A stretch of DNA of 64,000 nt from an uncultured Spirochaetota bacterium (GTDB taxonomy: Bacteria; Spirochaetota; Spirochaetia; SZUA-6; Fen-1364): assembly GCA_963745235.1 (NCBI GenBank), contig CAVUXE010000059.1:1-64000 (forward strand), read 5' to 3'. The notes under the pieces were generated by a model. That model was given only the letters and a program-made list of their open reading frames with translations, had not been told where the DNA came from and searched no databases. The first letter of the stretch is position 1; each line of letters starts with the position of its first letter. Position numbers and translations under genes: made by a program. Positions 30,856-41,205 of this stretch are shown one piece after another.

Positions 30856-32572
30856 CTAATCTGCCAGTGCGGCCTGCGCCCGCAGGAGGTCGTGGAGCGT
30901 GACCACGGAAACCACCTCCCGAGTCGACTCGTCTCGAATCAAGACCATTCCTGAGGCGCTTTCCATCAGGAGGGAGCCAACCTCGCGGACGCTCATCTCC
31001 GGCGGGCATTCCACCGGTGGAGCCGCACGGGGAACCGTGTTAGCCGCGACGGCACTTTTCATGTCCTGGCGCGTGACGATGCCGGCCAACTTTCCGTTGA
31101 TCATGACCGGGAATCGTTGATACGGGTATGACTCCAGGTAGCTTTCCATTGTTGCCCTGTCAAGGTTCGGCAGGATCACGGGTCGTGTGCGCGCGATCTC
31201 CGAAACGGCGAGCTTTTGCCAGCTTCCCAGGTCTCGCGGCGGCTTGATGCGGATGAGCTCGTGGCCGTCCTGGAGGAGCAGTGCGTCATAGAAGTTGTGC
31301 CTGCCGCCCAGCCGGGAGATGGCCTGGCTCACAATGGAGCAGAACATGAGCGCCGGGACCATCGAGAACTGGTGGGTCATCTCAAAGACAATGAGAAGAG
31401 CGGTCAGGGGTGCGCGCACCACTGCGTTGAAACACGCGCTCATGCCCACGGCGGCAAGGACGATCTTGTCGGCCGCCGTGAGAGGCAGCCAGATGCCCGG
31501 CGACCCCCGCGAAGAAGAGTCCCGTCATGCCGCCGAGGAACAAGGTCGGGGAGAAGATCCCGCCGCACCCTCCCCAGCCGTAGGAGGCGATGGTGGCAAT
31601 GAACTTGGCCACCACGAGGGGACCGGCGATCTGCCAGACGAGCCTGTTGTCGAGGGCAAGAGAAAGATCGTTGTAGCCCAGACCAAAGACCCCGGTGTGC
31701 CCGTTGAGGAGGAAGATTGCGCAGCCGAGAGCCCACGTGACGAGGGCTCCGCAGAGAGGCCGAAGCCACGCTGGCAGGCGGCTTCGCTCGCGAACTCGGG
31801 AGCGAAGCGAAAGGGTGAGGGTCTGGAAGGCGACGCCGATCAGGGATGCGGCGGCCGCAACGAGGGGGAGGATCAGGTACATGAGCCACGTGATGCCTTC
31901 CACGGAAGGAAGAGTGAAGGCCGGCTGCCGTCCCAGGAATGCCTGGACGATGAGCGCCCCGAGCACGGCGGCCAAAACGACTCCGCCCAGGACCCGGCTG
32001 CCGAACTCGTTGTTGAGAAGCTCTTCCAGGACGAAGGTGATGGCAGCGAGCGGAGTGTTGAACGCCGCGGCGAGGGACGCCGCGGCGCCGGTGGCTGTCG
32101 ACAACCGCCTGCCGGCTTTTGGAACGCCTATGGCGGCCGCAAGGTTCGAGGCTATCCCCCCTCCGACGAAGACGGACGGTCCTTCCCGCCCAAGGCTCGT
32201 CCCTCCTCCCAGGGTCAGGACCCCGCCAATGAACTTCACGATGATCGATCTCAGGGGGAGGAATCCGAGGTCCTTCCAGTAGGCGGCCTTGAGCTCCGGT
32301 ACCCCGCTGCCCGCGGATTTCGGGCTGACCTTGTTCATGAGGAGTCCCGCGCCCGCCGAGGTCAGCGTGACCACCAGAAGGCTCCCGAGCACGAACGTGA
32401 GGACCGGTCCCGTGGACAACCTCTCTATCGTGACCCGGAACAGGAAGTTGGTGAGCCACAGAAAGGCAACCGCGGCGACGGCCGCGCCTGCGGCAAACAG
32501 CAGCGTGTTGAGAATCCCCCGGGTGTTTTCCGGGATGCTTCGCAGCTTCGACAGGGATAGTTCCATTGCCAC
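30856..32572 (-). CDS. ClC chloride channel / Cl-:H+ antiporter with CBS domains (frameshift near 31480)
   Basis: GSGVP, GREGP, AAFNTPLA, GGIFSP, RAPLT..FEMT, C-terminal CBS pair. Confidence 0.9.
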
Positions 32573-32784
32573 CCATTAAATCAGATTCATTTTCATCGCG
32601 GCAATACCTGGTCGTCGTACGGCTTGCGAACGCGTGTCGAATTCCTTCGACCTCGCGTCATTGAATGATTCGAGGGAAAAATCATTCTCTCGATGATACC
32701 TCCATGGTCTGCGTGCCCGTACCCTTGGTGCATGGGACGTACAAGTCCGACCCGTCGGAAAACCACGAGCGAAGGGGATGGGAC

Positions 32785-33033
32785 GTGGAGGAGCGAATTG
32801 CCGAATGCGCCAAGAGGATCTGGGTGCTTCTGGAGCGGACGCAGGAAGTGAACATCCTGCGCCTCTCGGAGCTCCTGGGAGAACGGAACGTGATTGCCTA
32901 CCAGGCCCTGGGATGGCTGGCACGGGACAGGAAGATACACTACGCGCAGAAGGGGAGCCAGATTTTCATATCGCGAGATGAAGGGGAGGCCGGTGCGCCT
33001 CCTGATCGAAGATCGTCAAGGAGGGAAGTGTGA
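32785..33033 (+). CDS. Small winged-helix protein (DUF2582-like)
   Basis: IAECAKRIW.LL...ALGWLARD.KI pattern; GTG start after AAGGGGA; coupled to the next gene. Confidence 0.7.
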   Translation: MEERIAECAKRIWVLLERTQEVNILRLSELLGERNVIAYQALGWLARDRKIHYAQKGSQIFISRDEGEAGAPPDRRSSRREV

Positions 33034-34838
33034 AGAAAGGTACTCTGAGCTTTCTTGGAGCAGCGGGGGCTGCGATAGTGCTTTCGGTGGTGCTTCTGAG
33101 CTGCCAGACAGCCAAGCCCAACACCGCCGGGAACTCCATCCAGACCGAGCAGACCGGGCTGGCGCCCAACGGGGACAAGACCCATCAGACCATGGATTTC
33201 TCTCTGGTGTTCGCCAACCGGGATGCGATCAAGACGTGGAAGGTGGAGATGGCCACGGGGTCTGGTCCGCAGAAGCAGTGGAGCGGGGACGCGAAGAACC
33301 TGCCCTCCACGTTGAGCTGGGACGGGAAGAGCGAGGCTGGGTCCCTGGCGCCGGAGGGGAACTACACGGCGAAGCTGACGGTGGACTACGGCAGCGGGAC
33401 CCCGGTGGCCACGGCTGAGAGCAGCTCTTTCGTGCTGGATATCACGCCTCCCACGGGCAGCGTGAGCTTCAACCCGCAGCAGTTCAGCCCTGATGCGAGC
33501 GGCGCGGTGCAGCCGGTGACGGTGACGATCAAGGGCACCTCGAAGGCGGCGAAGATGGACAGCTGGTCCATGGACATCACCGACCCCGACGGGAAGGTGT
33601 TCCGCAGCTTTGACGGGAAGTGGCCCACCACGGACGTCACGTGGGACGGCAAGTCATCCAGCGGCGACGTTGTGGCCTCCGGGGCCTCGTACTCCGCGAT
33701 GGCGACGCTGCGGGACGAGTTCGGACTGACAGCGCAGGTCAGCGGGGCAATCGGGGTGGGAGGGCCCGCGGCCCAGGCGCCCGGGCAGGCGCCCGGGACG
33801 TTCTCCGTGACCCCCATGACCGCGGGGTTCTCCCCCAAGGGGACGGTGACGGTGGAGAAGCTGGAGGTGGCCTACGGGAAGAGCGAATCGGTGCAGAGCT
33901 GGAAGCTTGAGATCCTGGATGGCAGCGGCACCGCGGTGAAAGCGTTCAACGGGGACGGGATGAACATGCCCAAGACGGTGAGCTGGGACGGCAAGGGGGA
34001 CAGCGGGACACTTTCCCCTGAGGGCAAGTACACGGCGCGGCTGTCGGTGGACTACGGGAGCGCCTTCGCGCCCGGCACGACCACCAGCGACAGCTTTGTG
34101 CTGGACATCACGCCTCCCACGGGGAGCATCGCGCTGTCGGACCCGTTGTTCTCCCCCATCGAGGGCTCGCCCACCATCACGCTGACGGTGAACGCCACAT
34201 CGCAGCTGGCGAAGATCGACAGCTGGCGCATGCAGATCAACGATCCGGAGAACCACCTGTTCATGGCGTTCGAGGGGAAGTGGCCCACCAAGGACGCGGT
34301 GTGGAACGGGAAGAGCATCAAGGGTGAGATGGTGCAGTCCGCGGAGGACTACCCGGTGGTAGCCATGGTGAGGGACGAGTTCGGCAACCTCGGGGAGCTG
34401 AAAGCCACGGTGCCCGTGGACATCCTGGTGGAGAAGACGGCAACAGGGTTCCGGATCCTGAGCTCGCGCATCTTCTTCAAGGCGTACACGGCAGACTACC
34501 AGGACGTGAGGCCGGACCTTGCCAGCCAGAACATGAAGCGGCTGAGCGACATGGCAGCGAAGCTGAAGAAGTTCCCCAACTACAAGATCAAGCTGGTGGG
34601 GCACGCGGTGAAGATCCACTGGGACAACGCGACCCTGGGGGACATCGAGCAGCGCGACATCCTGATCCCGCTGTCGCAGGCGCGCGCTGAGGCGATCAAG
34701 AAGGCGCTGGTGGACAGGGGACTGAACGAGGCGATGTTCAGCACCGAAGGGGTGGGGGCATCGGACCAGCTGGTTCCTGACAGCGACCTGAGCGACAGGT
34801 GGCAGAACCGCAGGGTGGCTTTCTTCCTGGAGAGGTAA
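33030..34838 (+). CDS. Lipoprotein with repeated FlgD/Ig-like domains and a C-terminal OmpA-like peptidoglycan-binding domain
   Basis: Lipobox LLSC; four W(D/N)GK modules; duplicated PEG.YTA.L.VDYGS...SFVLDITPPTGS; LSQARA and NRRV. Confidence 0.85.
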   Translation: MKKGTLSFLGAAGAAIVLSVVLLSCQTAKPNTAGNSIQTEQTGLAPNGDKTHQTMDFSLVFANRDAIKTWKVEMATGSGPQKQWSGDAKNLPSTLSWDGKSEAGSLAPEGNYTAKLTVDYGSGTPVATAESSSFVLDITPPTGSVSFNPQQFSPDASGAVQPVTVTIKGTSKAAKMDSWSMDITDPDGKVFRSFDGKWPTTDVTWDGKSSSGDVVASGASYSAMATLRDEFGLTAQVSGAIGVGGPAAQAPGQAPGTFSVTPMTAGFSPKGTVTVEKLEVAYGKSESVQSWKLEILDGSGTAVKAFNGDGMNMPKTVSWDGKGDSGTLSPEGKYTARLSVDYGSAFAPGTTTSDSFVLDITPPTGSIALSDPLFSPIEGSPTITLTVNATSQLAKIDSWRMQINDPENHLFMAFEGKWPTKDAVWNGKSIKGEMVQSAEDYPVVAMVRDEFGNLGELKATVPVDILVEKTATGFRILSSRIFFKAYTADYQDVRPDLASQNMKRLSDMAAKLKKFPNYKIKLVGHAVKIHWDNATLGDIEQRDILIPLSQARAEAIKKALVDRGLNEAMFSTEGVGASDQLVPDSDLSDRWQNRRVAFFLER

Positions 34839-34860
34839 GAGCACAAGCGGTGCAACAGCA

Positions 34861-34900
34861 GGGGCCGTCCATTCCACGGAAAGGACGGCCCCTTTTTTTT
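34861..34900 (+). terminator. Intrinsic terminator
   Basis: GGGGCCGTCC / GGACGGCCCC stem followed by 8 T. Confidence 0.85.
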
Positions 34901-34918
34901 CAAGCGGGTCTGGCCGGA

Positions 34919-35914
34919 CTACTTGTTCATCATCTTCTCGACGGAGAATACAGGACAGTTGACGTCTGCGACGTCCCTGGCAAGCACCATGGAGCTCATG
35001 ACGGAGCCGAAGCTCATGACCTTGTCGAAGTACATGTTGTCATAGGGGCTGACTGCCCACAACGGGGAGTAGTCCGGGTCCCCCGGCAGGGTTGCCACCA
35101 CGTTGTGCGTCTGCATCGATCCGGCGACCATCTTGAACCCCGAGGGAGGACCTCCGTTTGCCATGCCGGGATTCACATTGAAGGCAACGTAGATCGGAGA
35201 GACCGGCACCGTGCCGTCGGAGGCAACCATGAGAGGCGCCTCACTGAAGTTGAAATACTTGACAACCATATTCCTGTACCAGCCGCTGTGCAGGCCCGTA
35301 TCGTTCCCGCTCAGTCGGTGGGTGGCGGTCGAGCCGTCCGGGACGACGGGGCAGTTGACGATGGTGCTTGTCGCCGCCATGGGGTAGCCGGCATCCTTGA
35401 GCCCCTGAAGGCTCCCGATCGAGTTCGCGATGTAGTCGACGGGAACGGTGACCTTGTATACCTGCCAGAAGTCGTTGTACCCCTTGTCGCCCGGGATCAC
35501 GTCCACGATGTTGAGCTGGTTCTGGACCGGTGAGCTCTCACCCGCGCGAAACAGGACGTAGATCGGGGCGGGAGTCGTGGACTGCGCGTCGAAGTTGTAG
35601 TACATGACGGTCTCCCCGTGCGGGCCGAAGCCCGTGGTCACGAAGGGTGGCTGATCGAAGTCCACCGGCGCGTTGGCCCCGGGCAGGTGGTTCATCGCAT
35701 CACGCATCTGCAAGTGTCCGGCGGCGGCACTGAATCGATCAATGACCGCCATCCTGGCCGCCATTGGATCCATTGCCATCCTGGCCGCATTCCCGCTCAT
35801 CATGCCCTTGTCAGCCGTCATCCCCGCGCCGGCCGTCGCGCAGCCGGCAACCGCAAGGACAAGGGTAGGGACGCCGGCGGCCATGAAGCGTCGCACAATC
35901 TGCCAAATCTTCAT
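34919..35914 (-). CDS. Met-rich lipoprotein with an internally duplicated domain, function unknown
   Basis: Lipobox VAGC; two repeats of PIYV.F...N.V...PGD..Y...W.V...VNCPV. Confidence 0.75.
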   Translation of the reverse strand: MKIWQIVRRFMAAGVPTLVLAVAGCATAGAGMTADKGMMSGNAARMAMDPMAARMAVIDRFSAAAGHLQMRDAMNHLPGANAPVDFDQPPFVTTGFGPHGETVMYYNFDAQSTTPAPIYVLFRAGESSPVQNQLNIVDVIPGDKGYNDFWQVYKVTVPVDYIANSIGSLQGLKDAGYPMAATSTIVNCPVVPDGSTATHRLSGNDTGLHSGWYRNMVVKYFNFSEAPLMVASDGTVPVSPIYVAFNVNPGMANGGPPSGFKMVAGSMQTHNVVATLPGDPDYSPLWAVSPYDNMYFDKVMSFGSVMSSMVLARDVADVNCPVFSVEKMMNK

Positions 35915-35989
35915 TGCATTCCTCCTGTAGGTGACAACCTAAGGAGGAATGCTCACGGAACTCTCACGAAAGAGTAAAGAGAGTGTTCT

Positions 35990-37382
35990 CTATATGTGGA
36001 TTGCCCAGCCCTCCACGGCGCGCATGGCCTCGCAGACGGCCTCTGACAGGGTGGGGTGCGCGTGGATCATCTCCGCAATGTCCTCCGGCAGAAGCTCGGC
36101 CGTTCGCCCCAGGAGCATTTCGTGGATGAGCTCTGTCGCATCTGCTCCCACGATGTGCACGCCAATGATCTCCTTGGTCTTCGGGTCGTAGAGGACCTTG
36201 ACGAACCCTTCCGACTGCTCGACGGCAACTGACTTTCCCGCGCCTCGATAGGGAAAGCTCGCCTTGGCGAAAGCCACTTTCTGTTCAGTGGCTTTCCACT
36301 CCGGAAGCCCGAAGCTCGCCACCTGCGGCTCGCAGTAGGTTGCACTCGGAATGGAAAGCAGGTCCAGCCGCGGATGCGGTGACTTGCCGGCCATATGCTC
36401 GACGGCGATCTCCGCCTCCTTGAAGGCGACATGCGCAAGGAGCGGCGTGTTGACGACATCCCCTATTGCGTAGATGCCCGGGACCCTGGTCTGGTTGAAA
36501 TCCCCCACGGGAATGAAGCCCTTCTCCGTCGGGATCCCCACTTTCTCCAGGCCAATGCCGTCCGTGTTCGGAGTGCGGCCCACGACCACCAGGATCTGGT
36601 CCGCCTCCACGGTCTTTCGCGTTCCGCTCTTGTCCTCCAGGACAACACTGACGCCCCCCGCTCCCTTCTGCATGGAGACGGCCTTCGTCCCGGTGTACAT
36701 CTGGACGCCGCGCTTCTGGAAGGCGCGCGCAAGGACTTGCACTGCCTCCGCGTCCTCGATGGGCAGGATGCGATCCAGCATCTCCACCAGGTGCACCTCC
36801 ACGCCGAACGCGTTGAACACGTGGCTGAACTCCACCCCGATTGCCCCCGCCCCGAGAATGATCGCCTTCCGGGGCAGCTTGGGAAGCATGATGGCGCCGG
36901 TGGAGGAAAGGACCTGCTTCTCGTCGAACTCGAATCCCGAGATCACCCGCGGTCGCGAGCCGGTCGGCAATGACGAGGTTCTTTCCCGTGATCTTTTTTC
37001 CGTCCTTCAGGGAGACCTCGTTCTTTCCGGAGATTGTTCCCTCACCGACAATCGTCTCCACCTTGTTCTTTTTCAGGAGGAACTGGACTCCCTTGACCAG
37101 CGTATCCGAGGCCTTTCGCGACTTGTCGAAGACATGCGTGTAGTCGAATCCCGCGGTGTCCACGGCGAGCCCCATGTCCCTGAGATTCGGAATGGACCGG
37201 AAGAGCTCTGCCTGGTGGATCAGCGCCTTGGAGGGAATGCAGCCCACGTTGAGGCACACGCCGCCCACCTTGTCCCGCTCGATGACCGCCGCCTTGAGGC
37301 CGAGCTGCCCAGCGCGGATCCCGGCAACGTAGCCGCCCGGTCCGCCGCCTATGATGAGGACATCGTAATCAAAGCCAGCCAT
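35990..37382 (-). CDS. lpdA: Dihydrolipoyl dehydrogenase (frameshift near 36965)
   Basis: GGGPGGY, GGVCLNVGCIPSK, GAGAIGVE, HAHPTLSE. Confidence 0.95.
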
Positions 37383-37408
37383 GAGTTTTCCTCCGCCTTT
37401 TTTCTGTC

Positions 37409-38649
37409 TTACGCCAGCGCAAGCATCGGGTTTTCAAGCATGTCCGCCAGCTCCCGCAGAAACGCTGCTCCCACCGCGCCGTCAATCACCCGGTGGTCGC
37501 AGGACAGCGTGACGCGCATTCTCTGGCGGATCGCAATAGTATCGCCATCGCCCACCACCGGCTCCTTGCGGATGGCCCCGACTGCCAGGATGGCTGACCC
37601 GGGTGGGTTGATGACCGCGGTGAACTCATCTATGCCGGAGGACCCGAGACTGCTGATCGTGAACGTGGCCCCATCGTACTCGGCGGGCTGCAGCTTGCCC
37701 GCGCGGGCGCGCTCCACCAGGTCGGCGAGCTCCGCGTCGATTCCCAGGATCCCTTTCCGTCCGCAGTCGCGCACCACCGGGGTGATGAGGCCGTCCGGCT
37801 GGGCCACGGCAAGCCCGATGTCCGCGGCCGTGTGCCTGATGATGCTGTCTCCGTTCCAGGAGGAATTGACTTTCGGATGGTGGAGGAGAGCGCGGCCCGC
37901 GATTGCCATGAGGAATGCATTCATGGAGGCCTTCTTTTCCCGTCCGGCGTTCAGCTTGGCGCGGGTTGCGAGCAGCTCGTCCATCGTAATGGCAACGGTG
38001 AGGTAGTAGTGCGGCGCGCTGAACATGGACTGCGAAAGCCGCCGCGCGATGATCCGCCGCATGCTGGACAGCGGCACAACTTCGTCCCCGGGCCCGGGGT
38101 GTAGATTGGCCCCGCGGGCGCCGGGGCAGCGGCCAGGCCGGCGATGGGCGCGGAGTCCAGGTCCCGCTTTACGATCCTTCCCTCCGGACCACTGCCCCGC
38201 AGGCTTCGCAGGTCGATTCCCTTCTGCATGGCGATCCGCCGCGCAAGCGGCGACGACTTGATCCTCCCCGCTGTCGAAGGTGCCAGCGCTGCGGGCGCTG
38301 TCCGCGTGGCAACCGCACCCGCGGCAACGGTGGCTGCTGACGAGCCAGCGGCAGGCGCCGGCTTCACGGCCGCCGGTTTGGCCTCCGCAAGCAGGGCTGA
38401 GAAATCCTCTCCGGGCTTTCCCATGATGGCGATTGTGTCTCCGACCTTTGCCTGGCCGCCTGCGGGGACAACGATCTTGAGGAGAGTCCCGTCCGAGGTG
38501 GACTCATAGTCCATGGTGGCCTTGTCCGTTTCGACTTCGCACAAGACGTCGCCGGAGGCGACCGCCTCACCTTCCTTCTTCCGCCAGCGTACCAGCGTTC
38601 CCGTCTCCATGGTCGGGGAAAGAGCCATCATGAGGATCTTTTCAGGCAT
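37409..38649 (-). CDS. pdhC: Pyruvate dehydrogenase E2, dihydrolipoamide acetyltransferase (frameshift near 38085)
   Basis: LSPTMETG, ETDKA lipoyl site, SSPLARR..GSGPEGRI, DHRVIDGA. Confidence 0.93.
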
Positions 38650-39619
38650 AGAGAACCCTTTTGACTGCGTCCACGATCTTTTCAACCGAAGGCTGCGCGG
38701 CGAGCTCCAGGCTGTGGTTGTACGGCATGGGCACATCCTCCCCTGAAACCAGCTCCACTGCGGCGTCCAGGTCATCAAAGCAGCTCCTGGATACGAGCCA
38801 GGCGACGTGCGAGCCGACGCTTGCAAACGGCCACGCCTCGTCTATGACCACGCATCGGTTGGTCTTCCGCACAGACTCGTAGATGGCGGCCTCGTCCAGG
38901 GGCCGGATGCTCCTCAGGTCCACGACCTCGGCATCGATTCCCTGCGCGGCAAGGGACTCCGCCGCCTCCAACACCATCCGGAGGGGCTTGGAGAAGCCGA
39001 TCAGGGTCACGTCTTTTCCCGGGCGCTTGATGTCGGCCTGTCCGAGGGGGATCACGAGCTCTCCCTCGGGGACCTCACCCTTCCAGGAGTACATCAGCTC
39101 CGCTTCCAGGAAAACCACGGGGTTGTCATCCCGGATGGAGGCCTTGAGAAGACCTTTTGCATCCGCCGGGTTGGACGGGGCGACGACCTTCAGGCCGGGC
39201 ACGTGGGCGTAGATGGACTGGAGGGCCTGGGAATGCTGCGAGCCCAGGAACTCCGCCGGACCGTTGGGGCCGCGGAACACGATGGGAACGGAGAACTGTC
39301 CTCCCGACATGTAGCGCATCTTGGACGCGTTGCTGAAGATCTGGTCCATTGCCTGCAGGGAGAAGTTCACCGTCATCCATTCGACGATCGGGCGCAGGCC
39401 CGCCATGGCCGCGCCGATTCCAATGCCCGTGAACCCCTCCTCCGAGATGGGCGTGTCGATGACGCGCTCGGGTCCGTACTTTTCCAGGAGCCCCTGGCTC
39501 ACCTTGTACGCGCCGTTGTACTGGCCGACCTCCTCCCCCAGGAGAAGGACGCTGTCGTCCCGCGCCATCTCTTCATCGATGGCCGCGCGGAGCGCCTCAC
39601 GAAAGGTCATGACGCTCAT
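38642..39619 (-). CDS. pdhB: Pyruvate dehydrogenase E1 beta subunit
   Basis: GEEVGQYNGAYKVS, DTPISE, QHSQ, DLRSIRPLD. Confidence 0.96.
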   Translation of the reverse strand: MSVMTFREALRAAIDEEMARDDSVLLLGEEVGQYNGAYKVSQGLLEKYGPERVIDTPISEEGFTGIGIGAAMAGLRPIVEWMTVNFSLQAMDQIFSNASKMRYMSGGQFSVPIVFRGPNGPAEFLGSQHSQALQSIYAHVPGLKVVAPSNPADAKGLLKASIRDDNPVVFLEAELMYSWKGEVPEGELVIPLGQADIKRPGKDVTLIGFSKPLRMVLEAAESLAAQGIDAEVVDLRSIRPLDEAAIYESVRKTNRCVVIDEAWPFASVGSHVAWLVSRSCFDDLDAAVELVSGEDVPMPYNHSLELAAQPSVEKIVDAVKRVLYA

Positions 39620-40648
39620 GCGTAGACGTCCTGGTGCAGCGCCGAAAGCTCAGGCTCCGGGCTCTCCTCCGCGAAACGCACCGATTCGTCGCACACGACC
39701 TTGAACTCGACATCCATGGCGGAGAAGTCCGCCTCCGTGAAAATGCCGGACTCGATCATGCGCGACTTCTGGATGAGGATGGGGTCCTGCTTCTTGTACG
39801 ATTCCAGCTCCTCCGGGGTCCTGTATTTGGCAGGGTCGCTCATCGAGTGCCCGCGGTAGCGGTAGGTCAGGACCTCCAGGAAGATCGGGGTGGAGTCCGC
39901 GCGGGCGCGCTCCGCCGCGGCTTTCACCTCGCGGTGGACTTCCAGCACGTCCATGCCGTTGACCTGGCTGCCCGGGATGCCGTAGGAGGAGCCCATGACG
40001 GCAAAGTCCGTGACCGAGGAGACGCGCCGGAAATCGGTGCCCATGCCGTAGTGGTTGTTTTCGCAGATATAGACGATGGGGAGGTTGTAGATCTTTGCCA
40101 TGTTGAGGCTCTCGTGGAACGATCCCTGGTGGATGGCCCCGTCCCCGAACCAGCACAGCACAACGCCGCCCTCTTTGCGGTAGCGGATCTTCATGGCCAC
40201 CCCGGTGGCCACCGGGATCTGGGCGCCGACGATCCCATTGCCGCCGTACATGTGGCGCGCCGCATCGAAGAAGTGCATGGAACCGCCCTTGCCGCGGGAG
40301 ACGCCGGTGGCCTTCCCGAACAGCTCTGCCATGAGCAGCCGCGGCTCCATCCCGCAGGCGAGCGCGTAGCCGTGGTCCCGGTAGGCGGCCACAACGTAGT
40401 CCGTTGCGAGGTTGATGGCGGAGATGGCGCCGACCGCCACCGCCTCCTGTCCTATGTACAGGTGACAGAACCCGCCGATCTTCTTGAGCCCGTACATCTG
40501 GGCGGCTCTTTCCTCGAATCGGCGGATGAGGAGCATCGTGCGCAAGAGCTCGACCTGGAACTCGGCGTCACCCCCACGAGCGCCGCTGACGGCGCCATCC
40601 CCGGATACCGCGGGCGCCGCCGGCGCGCGCAGCCTTTGTGCCTGCCAT
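39616..40648 (-). CDS. pdhA: Pyruvate dehydrogenase E1 alpha subunit (probable frameshift in the N-terminal tail)
   Basis: GFCHLYIGQEA, YRDHG, GKGGSMH, FGDGA, YRYRGHSMSDP. The likely ATG (MAGTK) at 40648 with an AAGGAG RBS is out of frame with the body. Confidence 0.93.
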
Positions 40649-40667
40649 GCCCCTTTGCTCCTTCCGC

Positions 40668-41105
40668 TCAGAAATGGACGACTTCCTTCCTGCCCTCCAT
40701 TGGCAGGAAGCGTGTGGCGTGCTCCACGACGGTCTCCAGGACGGCAACATCCCTGTCGTCGTGCGCGAGTTTCCAGAACGTCCGCAGGCGCGGGCCGATG
40801 ACTTCCAGGACCTCCGCCCTGAGGGAAGGATTCTCCACCACATTGATTGCGCCGCGGACGCTGACCACCTCGTCCAGGGATGGGGTCTGGAACATCCATT
40901 CCACCTGGGGGTGCGATTTGACCTGCGCCACCTTGGCAAAACGGCCGGCGGTGATTGCGTAGATGGCCCCCGGCCTGTCGCGCAGGACCGCGGGTGTGAG
41001 CCAGCGGATGTGAGGCTTGCCTTCCTCATCCACCGTTGCAAGGAGGCCTGTCCTGTGAGCTTCGATGATCTCCTCCACCCTGTTCATCACCTGGCGGCTA
41101 TCCAT
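40668..41105 (-). CDS. Pyridoxamine 5'-phosphate oxidase-like FMN-binding protein
   Basis: LLATVDEEGKPHIR, KVAQV..HPQV, VRG split-barrel pattern. Confidence 0.75.
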   Translation of the reverse strand: MDSRQVMNRVEEIIEAHRTGLLATVDEEGKPHIRWLTPAVLRDRPGAIYAITAGRFAKVAQVKSHPQVEWMFQTPSLDEVVSVRGAINVVENPSLRAEVLEVIGPRLRTFWKLAHDDRDVAVLETVVEHATRFLPMEGRKEVVHF

Positions 41106-41205
41106 ATGTAAGGAAGATAGAGAAAACCGGTAGGGCTTTCAAGCATAGCCATGGATACGGAGGCACGGTAGGCGCGGCGTGGGCAGGACGGTATAGTATG
41201 CCGCG

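Noticed and set aside
32540-32660. Fluoride riboswitch ahead of the ClC gene
   Set aside because: GGCAATGG at the start resembles the motif's 5' end, but the complementary P1 arm and pseudoknot are missing. The protein has chloride-type GSGVP, not the fluoride-type signature.
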